Source of the DNA: Eledone cirrhosa
Taxonomy: Eukaryota
Assembly (NCBI GenBank): GCA_964016885.1
Contig: OZ024741.1
Coordinates: 306,776,001-306,840,000 of the forward strand
DNA: 64,000 nucleotides
Direction: 5' to 3'
Positions within the stretch are counted from its first letter, which is position 1, and the number at the start of each line of letters is the position of its first letter. This document shows positions 13,992-28,621 of the stretch, piece by piece. The position numbers and the translations under genes were made by a program. The notes under the pieces are model-generated. The model worked only from the letters and a program-made list of their open reading frames with translations. It was not told the DNA's origin and did not search any database.

Positions 13992-14489
13992 CTGAAAGAA
14001 AAGCTTTACAAAAAAAATAAAAAGAATTTCATAAAAATTTGAAGGCTTTCAGAAAAAAACGTACCACAACAAAATTCACCTAGTCCACTCTGTTATAGTA
14101 CTGGTATCATGATAAAATACACCCTGTCCTCTCTGTAAAGAGGTAGAGCTGGTCATGGTGAAATGCACCAAGTACATATTGTAAAATGGTTGGTGTTAGG
14201 AAGGGCATTCAGCCATACAAAACATGCCAAAATAAAATGCACAAACAGGACGAGGTCATCTGACTTGTTTAATTTCAGGACATGACAACCTCTCCAACCC
14301 ATGCCAGTATGGAGAATAGTCAAATAAAACAACAATGATGATAATGATAATGATCCCATTTCTATATATGACATGATGAGACAATTTCACATCTGAAATT
14401 ACTTTCAGGATGGAGGCAATTGTTTACTTTTTCTGTAATGTTCAGCACTTTCAGTTTCCTAAATACCTTTCTTTACCTTTGACTATTAC

Positions 14490-14655
14490 CTTGAATTTTT
14501 GGGAAATGGTATTTGTTTTTGGTACATATTACAATTCCTTTAGTTTGACAACTGCATTGATTGAAGCTCTCTGCAGCTGCGTTAATCTGCCCTAGTACAC
14601 ATATTTTCCCATTGTAGTGACATTTTACAGAAATATTGTTCTGTGTTTAAAGGTT
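14490..14655 (-). pseudogene. Module J, decayed pseudo-exon (NNISVKCHYNGKICVLGQINAAAESFNQCSCQTKGIVICTKNKYHFPKIQ)
   Basis: Splice sites retained (gttcag / AAG|gtaata) but the length is 166 nt, so it shifts the frame; Cys2 is now Phe (TTC) and Cys6 is now Tyr (TAC). Confidence 0.8.
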
Positions 14656-16889
14656 CTGAACAAGAATCCACCATGAATATTTATCAGATCAATCTTCAAT
14701 GTGTCTTGTTTTTGAGTTTCAATTTTAAATTATATTTTCAAAATAGCTTCATTTATTAGAATGTGTGTTGTGACAACAAGAATTCCAATTGATTTCATCA
14801 ATGGAACAATCTGCTCATGAACTCAACATGCAAGTGGCTCAGTATTCTACAGATACACGTATACTTAACAAAATTCTTAGGGAGATTCAGTATGACACAG
14901 TGTATGACAAGGTTGGCCCTTTGAATTACAAATACAACTCAATTTTTCCAGTTATGTGGACTGGAGTAATGTGAAATAACGGGCTTTACAGCAATTGAAC
15001 TCACGGCCTTGTGATTGTGAGCTGAACACCCAAACTACTTAACCATATTTATCACAATAACATATTTTAAAATAGAATTTAACTTGTTTTATTCAACAAA
15101 TAACATTTTAAAGCTGAAAGTGTTAAATGAATAGAATGTTGAATTATTACAAGACTCATTGGACACTTGATAGGGCATTATATACCTTGAGGATCCCAAG
15201 GTCTGATCCAGATCTGAACACAACTGATTTCTGTGTGATAGAGGGGTAATGTTCAAGGAGAAATCAGTACTTATTTTATCTTTCAAGCGCAAAAGAATGA
15301 AATGCAAAGTAACCTCAGAAAGTTTTGAACAGACTATAAAAAACTGGAACATATACTGCAGATCAGTATATCTGATGCCCTCACGACTTTACCAATTCAC
15401 TTCCTTAAGTCCATATAAAGTACATGTAAAGTAATGTACCAATATACCATTTCATGCCAAATTTTATATGCCATAGATTGAACAAAGGAGTGAACAAAGT
15501 TATTGCTAATCAATGAGATTGGAATAATGGATCAGCTTTTATAGTTTACTGGTGGCACTTACCTTATAAGTTATAATATTGATAGTTGTCTGTCATAGGC
15601 TAAAGACAGAACGTATAAGCCACCAATTCAGTATATGTTGTTTTAAAAGTGATATAGCATTTCAGCTATACATTTAGAAGCATACAAAAAGAAATTTAAT
15701 ATTGTATGCAATAATGGATTTCATTACATTCCTCACTACTACATTTCATACCTACCCATTCATCCAAGGGCCCTGAACTCCAAAGGGAGTTATAGAGGAC
15801 CAAAACAAACACTGAAGTATTCTATTGCCTATTTGTTGCTTGCACATTTGTAGTGAAAGAAATGTTCCCACAGTTCCTCTCACTGACATGGCCAATAAAA
15901 GTTGACCTTCGACCCCACTGAGAGGAAAACACATAAATTCTCCGGATGCTAGCTTTAACGGCACCAAAGAAGGAAAAGATAGTGGGAGGCCATAGGTCAA
16001 TATAAATAGCCTGTCCTGAAATCTTGAGACAGAGAGAATTTTCTATCACTAAAATAAAATGTCACCTTCCCTTGTCACTGAGCTTTTGATATTTACTGAT
16101 ACTACTAACAAATGATAGCTTACCACTCTCTATTTCAGCATAACGAAAAAAGAACAAAACCATTTCCAACCTTTATAATTTGTAATAATCATATTCCCTT
16201 TTACTTTATTCACTGAAGTGAAGTAAATTTTATATTTAAATGAAACTACTTATTTTGTCGTGTTATTACATCTCTAACATCACTTACTAACTTTGCTTCA
16301 CATTTCCTATACTTCACATTAAAGACTGACATGACAGTCACAAGGAAATGGTCAAACAAACTAAGTATAGGAAATTAAAACAGAGAGAAATATGAAAATG
16401 AAGAGAGGAAATTTAAGACAAATAGAAGGAAGACAACAGAAAGTGAAAGAAATCTGATGTTAAGAAAAAAGCAGATAAAACAGAGCACTGGTAATGCACT
16501 GGGGTCGATTTAATTGTGTTTCCCCTCTCCTTCAAATTATTGGCCTTGTGCCTAAATCAGAAAAAATTATTAAGAATGTTGTTAAGACCATAACAAAAAT
16601 TCTCGCATAAAATTATGACTGAAAGTTTTAGATAAATATTTATACTTTAAAACTTTCTGTTGCTGTATTTCTAGTGAAAGGTACAACTTATGATTTTAAA
16701 ATCAGTTTGAAAATAATCAAGAATATGGATGAATTTAATTTTCTCATTAAGCTTTTATCATTTAAACCAGCTGTATCCGGCCAGAATTCTCTCATCTCTT
16801 TCTGTTCAAACTGACCATAACCAGCTGCTCATTCGTATGTTAAGGTATTATTTTCAAAATAAATGATATAAAAATCTCGTAGATTTATT

Positions 16890-17190
16890 ATTATGTGAGA
16901 TAAAGTGTTTACTGTGAAAATACATTAGTAAATATAGGGTAATGTAAATGTTATTTGAAATAAAGTGTTTACTGTGAAAATACATTAGTAAATATAGGGT
17001 AATGTAAATGTTATTTGAAATAAAGTGTTTACTGTGAAAATACATTAGTAAATATAGGGTAATGTAAATGTTATTTGAAATAAAGTGTTTACTGTGAAAA
17101 TACATTAGTAAATATAGAGTAATGAAAATGTTATGTGAGATAATGTGTTTACCGTGAAAATACATTAGTAAATATAGAGTAATGTAAATA
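16890..17190. repeat. 60-bp minisatellite, about 5 copies, inside a piggyBac-like MITE remnant
   Basis: Unit ttatttgaaataaagtgtttactgtgaaaatacattagtaaatatagggtaatgtaaatg; a single related copy lies in the element at 37771-37990. Confidence 0.9.
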
Positions 17191-18614
17191 CTAAAGCGTT
17201 AAGCTGTTGTTTGGAACATAACTTAACATAAAATTATGTTGGGAAGTTTAAACAAACAACTTTGTATTTTCAAACCAGGAGCAGTTTCAGGCAGTTTGAT
17301 ATCAAAAGGGTTAAAACATCTAATTGTTTGAATAAGTTTCAATAAGTCTTCTTTGAGTCTAGAGGCTCAAATAGCTATAATTTATCCTGTTTTCATATGG
17401 CCTTAAGTTACTGTAAATGCACGAGTCCATTACAAGGTTGAACCCCAGCTGTTGGTGTTTATTTTCAGTTGAGTGGGCGGCAGCATAGGTAAATGATGTG
17501 CCTTGCTCAAGGACATAATGCACTGACATAATGCACAGACATAATGTCTGGGGATTAAACCCATGTCCTTATGAATGTGAGACAACTACCCTACTCTTGG
17601 TTTTCAAATAATGAGTGGGGGTGGAATAAGGGTGTGTGTGTGTGTGTGTGTTTGGAAAAACAGTAATTTTTCTAGGTTGTCTCCATTGATTTTTTAAAAA
17701 CCAGAATTAGTTGTTTAGTTCATTGTTGTATGAAAATAATAGACATGAAATCATATACTTTAGATTTTCAGAGTACACAGTAATCAATCAATAATTCACA
17801 CTGCTTGCACGGATTCCCTTAACTCTCTATTGCCATCCAATTATATTGTTCATCATATTCGGCAAGTCTGAAGATTTGCAGTTTATGTCATCACAAATCT
17901 GCTTGATATAGGCCTTGGTTTGTCATCCTCTGCTAGCTCTTCTTTGTATAGCATCCCACAAAAGAGAGATTCTATCTTATGTCAACACAAATCTTCTTGA
18001 TGTAGGTTTTTGTTTGTCGTCCTCACTAGCTCTTATATATGTATTATGTATATCAATAGATTGCACTTCTTGTACAGATTCCCTTGATTCTCTGTCACCA
18101 TCCAATTCCTTTGTTCATCATGTTCATCACAAATCTGCTTGATACAGGTCTTGGCTTGTTCTGCTCTGCTGGCTCTTCCTTGTGTAGGCTCCCACAAAAG
18201 AACTTCATTAACAATTTCATCTTTAGCTCCCCAGCAATGCCCTGCGAATCTAACTCTAAGGTCTTTGAGGATGTCTGATGTTTGATACTAGACAAATGTT
18301 GCTATTCAGTCACTCATTGGTCAGATGATCTCTCCAAGTGACATTCAAAGCCATTCTTCGTATGTAAATTTCTTTCTAGTTTTAAGGTGAGGGTCCATGC
18401 TGAGCAGTATTTTAGTAACTGAATAATCATCATAAGGAACTACCATCTTGTAAAGATTCTTGTACAGCTGTTATGTTCTGTGACTAAGTGCAATACATGC
18501 ACAATCTATTGCACTTTGTCAAGGGGTACAACTTGCACCACTTTCAGCTTATTTTCTGACACAAAGGTTATCTGCTGATGAAAACAACATGCACTTTTGT
18601 AGATTTGGAGATAT

Positions 18615-18905
18615 ATCATCATCATCACCATCACCATCGTTTTTACATCTGTTTTTCCGTGCTTTTATGGGTTAGATGGTTCCTTTTCAGCATGGCATCT
18701 CTCTTCTTGGCACATTACTTTGACATTTCCTCTATGAGTCTCAGTGATTTGAGGTCAGCTCTCACCACCTCTTCCCGGGTCTTCCTTGGTCTACTTCTAC
18801 TGCAGCTTCCTCCCACCTCTCTCTTGTACACTACAATATCAGCTCTCACCACCTCTGCCCAGGTCTTCTTTGGTCTATCTCTACTGTGGTTTCTTTTCAC
18901 TAGTA
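18615..18905 (-). mobile_element. RTE LINE 3' fragment with an internal duplication
   Basis: RPKKTWAEVVRAD / RPRKTREEVVRAD repeated; (GAT)n tail. Confidence 0.75.
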
Positions 18906-19395
18906 AGTAATATTGATAAGAAGGATACTGTGGGATATATATGTATTTTCATTTTACTCTTTAGTAAGAATGAGAAGGTCAGTGGCCTTGATCATTTCAG
19001 GTTCACTGAGACTGGTGTAAGGGATGAAGAAAGGTTTCTTTATACTTCAGACTTGGTCATAGCAGAATAGAATCTGTTATGGTTCAGGTGGTGGTGCCAA
19101 ACCTGGTAAATGATTAGGTCTACTACTCAAGTAAGGTACAGTGGGGTTTGAACTCAGAAAGAGATGGGACATACATGGCAACTATTTTGTCAATCTACTG
19201 CCTTGCTTTTCACTTTTGTGACCCTGAAGGGATAAAAGGCAAAGTTGGTCTTGGAAAAATGTTAGAATCGTGTTGGAAGGCAGAGCAAAAATAAGCGAAA
19301 TTTTCAATTTCCTGATTTCTTTCGATGGATATATATATATATATATATGTGTTGTTGTCTATGATTATATATAGCTGTATATATGGGTGTTGTGT

Positions 19396-19429
<34 letters not shown>

Positions 19430-19939
19430 ACATATATGTAACGTAATCTCTTATATAGAATAGCGATATATCTGTATGATAAAAAGATATGCTAGGAAAT
19501 CGCTATTTCCCATCCCACCTCCATCACCTTCCAGTAAACATGCCTGATGCTGTATGCTAATCACTCCCTCGTGCATATAGCACCTTAAACGAAGTTCTGC
19601 TCAGAGCAGACATGGGGCTGATGGAGGCTCCATAAGCCGTAGAGTAGGCAATCTGTCTAGGAGAGCTACCACTCCAAATAAATTGATGCGGGGTAGAGAA
19701 GTCACCTAAGTCCAGTAAGATGACTTCCCTAGTGTTGGTGGCACAAATAAAACCACCCAGTCGATGCTGTAAAGTGGTACTGGCATTAGGAAGGGCATCC
19801 AACCAGTGTATTAATGCCAAAACAATTATGAGTACAACAACAAATATATATCGCAATAACTGTGTGAACAGCAATAACACTACCCATGTTAGAACCCCTA
19901 TGTAGAACCCCCTATGTAGAACCCCTCATGCATGTAAGT

Positions 19940-22900
19940 ACCCCAAACAATTATGTGGCCCTCCTAACCCTGAAACCTAGGAAAAGAGAAAGACAGCCAT
20001 GTAGCCCCTTTTCCATCAAGTAAGGACTCTCAAATTTGTCTCTATAAATGTTGGATCAATGAAAGGTAAATGCAGTGAGATTGTGGAGATGTTAAAGAAG
20101 AGATAAGCTGATGTGTTCTGTGTGCGAAAAGTGAGATGGAGTGGCACCTTGGCAAGATTCATCCCAGGCAAGGAATACAGTACAAATTCTTCTGGGTGGA
20201 TAGTAAAAATGGGGTGGGTGGGGCAGACCAGGTAATTGAGGTAGTCAGAGTGTGTGATAGAATAGTTAAACTATCCTTAGGTAAATCAACAGTCATTATA
20301 CTATCCCTTGTTTTGTTCCACCAGCTTGGCTGGTAGTCAAGCAGAAAGACCACTTCTATGAGGTTCTCCTGCAGACTACTTCAATGATAAATGACACTGA
20401 TCTCATCATCACAGCTGGTGACTTAAATGGACATGTTAAACACTATAATGGATTTTCTAGATTTCCTGTGAACAAAATATATCCAGCACACACTGCAAAG
20501 TGGTTGTGTAGGTGTCACAACAAAAAGCATCCAGCCCACACTGTAAAGTGGTCGTGTAGGAGTCATGGCTAAAAGCACCCAGCACACACTGTAAATGTGG
20601 TAGGTGTTAGGAAGAGCATCAAGCCAGAAAAAGTCTTATACAAGACACAGTCACCTGACCCAACTTACCTCAAATGGGACAAACCGTTTAACCCATGCTA
20701 GCATGGAAAATGGGTGTTAAATGATGATGATGAAATGAAGACCATCAAATGAAGAAATAAAGCAGTGTCTAGGCCTCTGGAATTCAAGCTCTTGACCTAA
20801 CAATCTGTAAAACATACTTCAGGAAATCAGTCAGCCACCTGATCACTTACCAATCAGGATGACACACAAGCCAAATAGACTCTGTTTTCACCAGTAAACG
20901 AGTTGTAAATAGCTGTAAAAGCCAAGTCGTTTCCTGGGGAGGAATGTACATTGCATCATAGATTAGCTGTAAGTGACCTCAGGGTAAGGGTTAGGTAGAC
21001 CAAGAGACAAAGCCAGTCTGGAGAAGGAAGACATGGAAGCTGAGGGAGCCCTCTATAGGTAACAAATACAGAGAAATTCTTCTCGACAGTAAGAAAGAGG
21101 AGTTAGGGTTATATAAAATAGAGGATTTCTATGGGACAATCTGCTGTGGCTGGAGCAAGGTCCCACCATGATGGAGGGTGATGTGGTGGTGCAATGACAA
21201 TGAAGAAAGAACAATTAAAGCAAAAAGACAAGCCTGGAGAGATTGGAGCAATGGATGAGACAAAAAGTGATACCAGGCTTCTTGAAGAGAGGCCAGGCAC
21301 CAAATATTTCTAGTGAGGGGGAGAGGTAAAAAAGAAGTTTGCATATGTACTACATTGTGAAGATCAGAGGTGGAAGTGTTCAGGATTGTGAGACAGTATG
21401 CTAGAGAAAATCATGATGTGGTTGGGAAAAAGTGTGTCTGAAAAGATAGTGGAGTAATTTCCCTGTCTGATACCAAAAAGAAGGAATCATGGAAGACTTA
21501 CCATGAGAGGCTTCTGAACGAGGAAAATAAATGGGACAGTGAGGGCCTACTCCATGCAGATCATACTGACAACATAAAAACTGACAACAGTATGATAGAT
21601 AAAGCAATTAAGGACATGAAAGTAGGGAAAGCAGTTGGACCATCCATTACAATCGCTGAGATGCTAAAAGCGTTTGCATGGTGGAATACGAGCTAGTTAG
21701 ATGCATAGTTAATCAAATAGTATAAGATGGTGTCATACCTAATGACTGGTTCAGCAGTATCATTGTAAATTGCTACAAGGGCAAAGGAAATTCACTAGAG
21801 AAGTTACAAGTTGATGGACCAGATCATGGAAGTTGTTGAAAGTGCTATAACACAACCAATTAGGGAAAGAATCAAGTTAGTTGAGATGCAGTTTGGATTT
21901 ATGCCAGGTAGGGTACTACTAATGTTCCCTTTCTGATGAGACAACTACAGGAGAGAGATTTAGTTTTGAGTCAGCCACTGTATCTAGCATTTGTAAATCT
22001 GGAGAAGGCCTTTTTACAGGATTCCACACTCTATAGTCTGGTGGGGACTGCAGAAGATAGGTGTAGATGAATGGATTGAGGGCCAAACACACGATGTATT
22101 GAAGAACAGCCACCAGAGTGAGAATTGGCCATCACTGAGAGGTTTAAAACTGGCACTCCATGGGAGCTCCAAAATTCTGATGACCTAGTCCTCATAGCTG
22201 AATCCATAGGATAGATAGAGGCAAAGTTTCAAGTATGGAAGAAGTAAACTTCACAAAGATGAAAGTCTTAATAAGTAGGAAAGTATGTGGGAGGGTGATA
22301 TTGTTTGATATGTCAGAAGGGGGTTGGCAGTGTAATTTATGGATGCATAAGAGATGTAGTAGGATTGCAAGCAGGCTAATGGAAAAATGGACTTTATATG
22401 CAACAGATGCGCCGGAGAAGTAAGCACAAAAAGTAGATGTGATTCCTTCAGTTGCCAGGAAGACTCCCTAGAAGTAGTTGACAGCTTTTGCTACCTAAGC
22501 ATTCAATTTAGCAATGGGAGAGGATGTGTTGAAAGTGTGATAGCTAGGATAAGAATTTAGGCTGGAAGGAATTTAGCGAGCTGTTACTACTGTGTGTGAA
22601 CTGCAATGCTACATGGAGTGAAACATGGGCCTTGACTGCAGAAGACATGCTGAGACAAGAAAGAAATAAGTGAAGTATGCTCCGATGGATGTGTAATGTT
22701 AGTGTGCAGGAGCAGCATAGCATAAGCAAACTGAGGGAAAAACTTAGCATAAGAGGAATTGGTTGTAGTGTGCAAGAGAGAAGACTGTTTTGGTTTCCAC
22801 ATGTGGTATGCATGGAAGATACCAACTGCATAAAGAAATGCAGAGAAACCCAGTGGCTAGGACCCATGGAAGAGGCAAACACAGGAGGGTCTAGGATGAG

Positions 22901-23000
22901 GTTATGGAAACCAACCATAAAAAACTAAATTTCACTACAGAAATGACAAAGGACTGTGAGGACTGGCACTATGCTGTGATGGTGAAGACCTGGCCTACAG
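19940..23000 (+). mobile_element. Old, heavily decayed near full-length RTE LINE with a nested 3'-end fragment at ~20470-20732
   Basis: Remnants GDLNGH, QFGF, LRWMCNV and ERRL in the expected order. Confidence 0.85.
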
Positions 23001-23421
23001 CATACAATGTGGCATGACTTATCCCCCATGTCACTCTTTTCCACTAGCACTCTCTAACAGCTATTCTCATCATCACTACACCGTCCCTCTGCACTCACTC
23101 CATTGCTGCTGTCTCCTCAAATGCCTCTAGACTCCCTCGCTATCACATTTTAATGTCAGCATCTTTGCTAGATTATGCGACAAACACCAGCTTAATACTG
23201 AGAAAGCTGGTTGTATTGCTAAATCACTACAAATTTTGGATTATTTTCAAAATTAATCATAATACATTGACAATGTCTTTCATTAGATATATGGTACTGA
23301 AAAGGTTTAACAAATAAGGTTCACTAAATAATAAAGGCATTGAAAACAAATTATAAAAAGTGATAAAGGTTATCAAATAATGTCTAGTACAAAATGTTTA
23401 AGAAATAACTTTTATTACTAC

Positions 23422-23580
23422 CTTCATATGTTGGGGAAGAGCATTTCCTTTTGGTACATATTATAATTCCTTTGGTCGTGCAATTGCACTTATTACAGTT
23501 ATCTTCAGTTGTGATTGTCTGCCCAGCTTTAAATATCTGTCCATGGTAGCGGCATTTTAAAGTAACAGTGACTTTACGTA
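23422..23580 (-). CDS. Module I exon (VRKVTVTLKCRYHGQIFKAGQTITTEDNCNKCNCTTKGIIICTKRKCSSPTYE)
   Basis: 159 nt, pyrimidine tract followed by tgtag acceptor, AAG|gtagta donor, phase 1-1. Confidence 0.88.
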
Positions 23581-24779
23581 CTACATTGGTTGGAAAAGAA
23601 AGTGATATGAATTCAATAAAAAAAGAAAAAAAATGAAAGCCCCCAAAAAACAAACAAAAAATCATTTGGTCAGGTCATTATGCTTTTATACGTACAATGT
23701 ATAATATGCACCCAGTACACTCTGTAAAGTGACAGTTCTGGTGCCATGAAAAAACGTACCTAATATTCTCTGTAAAGTGGTAGTGCTGTTTCATGATAAA
23801 ATGCACCCAGTACACTGCAAAGTGTTTGACCTGAGAAAGTGTGTCTTGCTGTAGAAACCATGATATGGAAGATATGGGCAAAAGGTGGTTCTCCAGTCAG
23901 TTTTATCTTAGACCAAGACAATGTGTTTGACCTTTTCCAGCATGGAAAGTGGACACAAAATAATAATGATGATAATATTAATGATACCTGTTGTAGAGTT
24001 TGAGACGAGTCATAGATTAAAAAATTACAATTCTTTATATTAGATCTATGTCCACAAGAGCATCTAACAGAGTTGTTCCAAACATTTTTATTACCAAGGA
24101 CTCCTTTTAGGGGGATTTTTCCAAGAACCACCCCATTTCTCACTATAATTACTCCCCTCCCAGATTATTAAACAGCAAGAATAACAATCAAAAGAGAAAA
24201 ATGTTTATTCTTAGAGAAGAATGGATATCAAATAGTGTGTATATTAGGCTTTTAATAAAGTATTTGAAATTTTTAACTTAGCTCACAAACATTCCATACA
24301 ACCCTTGCAGACACCCAAGGGTCAGCAGCTCCCATGTTGTGAACCATTGATTTAGCAGAAGACACGAGATGTATTAATGGTAAATATGATTCAATGACTT
24401 GACAGTATGCTTGTGAAGTCTAAGTCTGGCAAAGAAATGTAGGGATACTGTCAAGTCCAAGCTAGTTGACGAAGAGGTCTTAGAGAAATTATGGGAATAT
24501 TGCCTAGAGGTGTATTTTTGATTTGTATACCTTGAAAAGGTATATGAGCACATTCCACAGGACCTATTGTGGAAGGTTCTGCAGGAGTATGGGATCAATG
24601 GAGAGCTTCTTGTTGCCCTGATGTCTCTATGTCAATCCCAAGTATTTGTGTTTGGATAAACGGTGCTATCATTTTCTTAAGATGTGAAAATTATTTTTGT
24701 CTTGCTAACAAAACTTGTTCAATCCTAAAACCATTCTCCACAATAAAATATATATAACACAAAATTGTGAAAAGAAAGA

Positions 24780-24970
24780 TAATTGTTTCTACTTTTGGCA
24801 CAAGGCCAGCAATTACCCAGTGCATTACTGGTACTTTATTTTATCGACCCCGGAAGGATGAAAGGCAAAGTTAACCTCGGCGGGATTTGAACTCAGATCA
24901 TACAGGGAGGTAACTCTATGCTTCAAAGCATGGCATCCGACCCTCTACCGATACTGCCAATCCACCGCCT
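24780..24970 (-). mobile_element. tRNA-derived SINE
   Basis: Reverse complement of 8751-8942. Confidence 0.8.
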
Positions 24971-25169
24971 GTGAAAAGAAAGATAATGCAAGATAATACA
25001 AGAGTGTGCTGCTAATAGAACCATATTATTTCTATATTATACAATTTAGACAATATTTAAAAACACAGAATACTTTCTTATAGACTTAAGCAATTATATA
25101 TTTTGGTGCCACAATAATATGCATCCAGTATACTCTGTAATGACATGCCAAAATGTATTTAGTGCACCA

Positions 25170-27173
25170 AGACGGTAGCTTGGAAGTGCCATTACGAGAG
25201 ACTACTAAATGAGGACAATGAATGGGATAAAGATAGCTTGCCCCAAGTTTATCCAACAGAGGGACCAGCTGTGAGAGTTAATGCTAGTATAGTATAGTCG
25301 GGGGTAGTTGCTAAGATGTTGAAGGCATCTGGAATGGTGAGGCATACCATGTTCAACTGGAGAGTAAACCAAGTAATACAGACTGGTTAATCATTGTTAA
25401 CTACTAGAAGGGCAAAGGAGAGGCTCTAGATAGAGAAAACTATAGCAGCATTAAGTTAGTTGACCAGGTAATGAAGGTCACAGAAAAAGTTATTGCACAG
25501 CTCATTAGGGACCGAATTGATCGAGATGAAATGCAGTTTAGGTTTGTGCCAGGTAAAAGTACCATGGATGCTCTCGTCCTTGTACGGCAACTACAGGAGA
25601 AGTACCTAGCTAAAGGAAAACCCCTCTACTTTGCTTTTGTTGACCTGGAGAAAGCCTTTGACAGAGTCCTCAACTCCATATTCTGGTGAGCTCTTAGAAA
25701 CTAGGAGTAGATGAGTGGATTGTGAAAGCTAAACAAGCCATGTATAGAGGAACAGTCAGCAAGGTTAGAATTAACAATGAATATAGTGAAGAATTTAGCG
25801 TAAAAGTAGTTATTCACCAAGGCTCCGTCCTTAGCCCCCTCCTGTTTATTATTGCCCTACAGGCTATAAAAGATGAGTTTAAGTGTGGCTGCCCATGGGA
25901 AATTATGTATGCAGATGATCTAACTCGCATAGCTGAATCTATGGCTGAACTAGAGAAGAAATTCCAAACATGGAAGCATGGCCTAGAATCAAAAGGCCTT
26001 AAAGTTAACTTGTCTAAGACTAAAGTTCTAGTATGTAAAAAGGAAAATAGGGCACAGGTCCCTTTGGGAAATGGTCTTGCTCTGTGTGTAGGAAAGGAGT
26101 AGGTAGAAATTCCATTCTATGTCCCAAATGCAGGCTACGGGTACATAAAAGATGTAGTGGGATCACAGGCAAGTTATCAAAGTATGTAGGTTTTATATGT
26201 GGCCAATTCTCAGGTGCAGTAAGTAGCAAGTGTCCACAGGATACTAGCTCCTTCAACTGCCCAGATGGTTCTATATAAATAGTAAACACTTTCCGTTACC
26301 AGGATGAAAATCAGCAGTGGAGGAGAGTATTCTGAAAATACAGTAGCCAGAATAAGAATGGGATGGAAAAAGTTCAGAGAGCTAATTCCGCTGTTGGCCA
26401 CAAAAGGTTTCTTTCTAAAAATGAAAGGCAGATTGTATGATGCTTGTATATGAACAGCAATTTTACATGGTAGTGAGACCTGGGCATTGTGTGCAGCGGA
26501 GCTGTGCAGATTGGAAAGAAATGAAACATGCATGCTCCAATGGATGTGTAATACACAAACAGCAAAGCATAAGGGAACTGAGTGAGAAATTAGGCACACG
26601 AGGGATCAGATGCAGTTTACTAGAGAGGAGATTGTGTTGGTATGGTCATGTGATGCGTATGAAGGACGACAGCTCTATAAAAAAGTGCAGGGCGATCAAA
26701 ATTGACAGATTAGGTAGACCCAGAAAGACCTATGATGAGGTGATAAAAGCTGACCTTGCACACTTGAACCTCTCCAAGACAATTAACAAATGATCGAGAA
26801 CTTTGGTACTATGCAGAAATACAGAAGACCCGCCTTCTCCTGCACATGGATTTAAACTTACACCCAGTACACACCTCTTAATCCAATATACACCCTACAC
26901 TCCCACATCCCCTACACCACACTTACTATGTAAAGTTATGTTGGTACCACAAAACATCTAGCCCACACTGTAAAGTGGTCGTGCAGGAGACATGGCAATA
27001 TGCACACAGCACACACTGTAAATGTGGTAGGCATTAGGAAGGGCATCCAACCATAGAAAACCAGCCAGAAACAGTCCTATATGAGCGAGACACAGTCACT
27101 CAACCAAACTTGCCTCAAATGGGACAAACCCGTCTAACCCATGCTAGTGTGGATGATAGATGATGATGATGAT
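25170..27173 (+). mobile_element. RTE LINE, 5'-truncated, frameshifted
   Basis: ORFs 25471-26793 with FVDLEKAFD and YADD; (GAT)n tail. Confidence 0.92.
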
Positions 27174-27755
27174 GCACTCTGAAAAATGGCTGGCATTAGG
27201 AAGGCCATTCAACTATAGAATTAATGAGCAAAATGTGGTCCCAGGACCTGTCTTGTCTAAGACTGTGCCAACCCCTTCAACCCATGCCAGCATAGAAAAT
27301 GAACGTAAAATGAAAAAATACAATTAGCTATAATAATATGTGTGTTTATATATTTATATATAACAGTCTGGAACCCATTAGAATTTATACACACATGCAT
27401 ACATACAATGCATTTCCTATCTCAATACGTAATTCACTTTCCAGTCAGAAGGTCCTATGTTCTCACCCTACATTTGTTCCAGTAAATAGTTATTTCTCCA
27501 AAGTTACTTGTATGTTTAATCCTCATGTCATTTATACATATATACTGTACATTTATGCAATTATATCCTAGACATAAATTTATTAATATATTCTTATTTT
27601 TAATTACTCCCATATGTCAGTAATCAATATAAATTTAGTAAAATGCAAATTTCAAAGTTTGTATGATTCTACATATATCCAGTAATCCTGGTATATATGG
27701 CGTACCAATACATTCAACACTATTGTCATCCTTATTGACAACATTGATCCACTAA

Positions 27756-28329
27756 TCTATATATATAAAACTGAGGATGTCTGTCTGTGTGTGCGTGAGT
27801 TTGAATCCCTAAAACTAGAGAACCACCCAACCGACTGTTTTCAAACTTTACACATGTAATACTTATGTTTCAGGGAGTATTCTGAGCAAAAATAATTTCA
27901 AATTTTCAATGCTCTAGGGACCGCATTTGGCGATTTAGCGATCTCTCTCTATAATTCTTAGCCTTCCTCTCTTTAGATAGATACATACATACAACGTCGC
28001 ACCCTTATAATATCTGTCTGTATGTCTGGCTGTCTGCATTACGTCACTTCCTACAATTCGCTCTGCGTCCAGAACACGCCCTTATAATATCTGTCTGTAT
28101 GTCTGACTGTCTGCCACCCTTGCTCAAGACAAATCTCACACTCATTCCCCAAACAGTTGGTAAGTGCACACAACTTCTTCCTCACGTTTTAAGCCACAGT
28201 GTTGCTTACTTACGTACCACCAGACCCTTACTTCTTTGCCAACCGTGGTTGTGGCAATACTAAGCTTAGCTAAGGTGGTTATATATTTCACAATACCTTA
28301 TCCCGTGCAACGCCGGGTACCACTGTTAG
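27756..28329 (+). mobile_element. Non-autonomous Helitron
   Basis: A^TCTATATATATAAAACTG start; CCCGTGCAACGCCGGG subterminal hairpin; ends TTAG^T (degenerate CTAG). Confidence 0.75.
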
Positions 28330-28621
28330 TGATAATATAAAACAGTAATCAATTTTAACATAATTCAGGGCATCATGTAGCTAACATATCTTTTAACCCT
28401 TTAGCATTTACATTATTCTATATTTACTATTTTATTTTCATGGTAAATACATTATTTCACATAATTATCTCACACAATATCAAATCTATGAAATTTTGAT
28501 ATTATTTATTTTGAGAACAATACCTTAATATCAGCATGAGCAGCTGGTTATGGCTGGTTTGAACAGAAAGGGGTGAGAGAATTCTGACTGATGATTTAAA
28601 TGCTAAAGTGTTAAATATTAC

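Noticed and set aside
16854-17165. 103-aa repetitive ORF or CRISPR-like periodicity
   Set aside because: It is a head-to-tail 60-bp minisatellite with no unique spacers.
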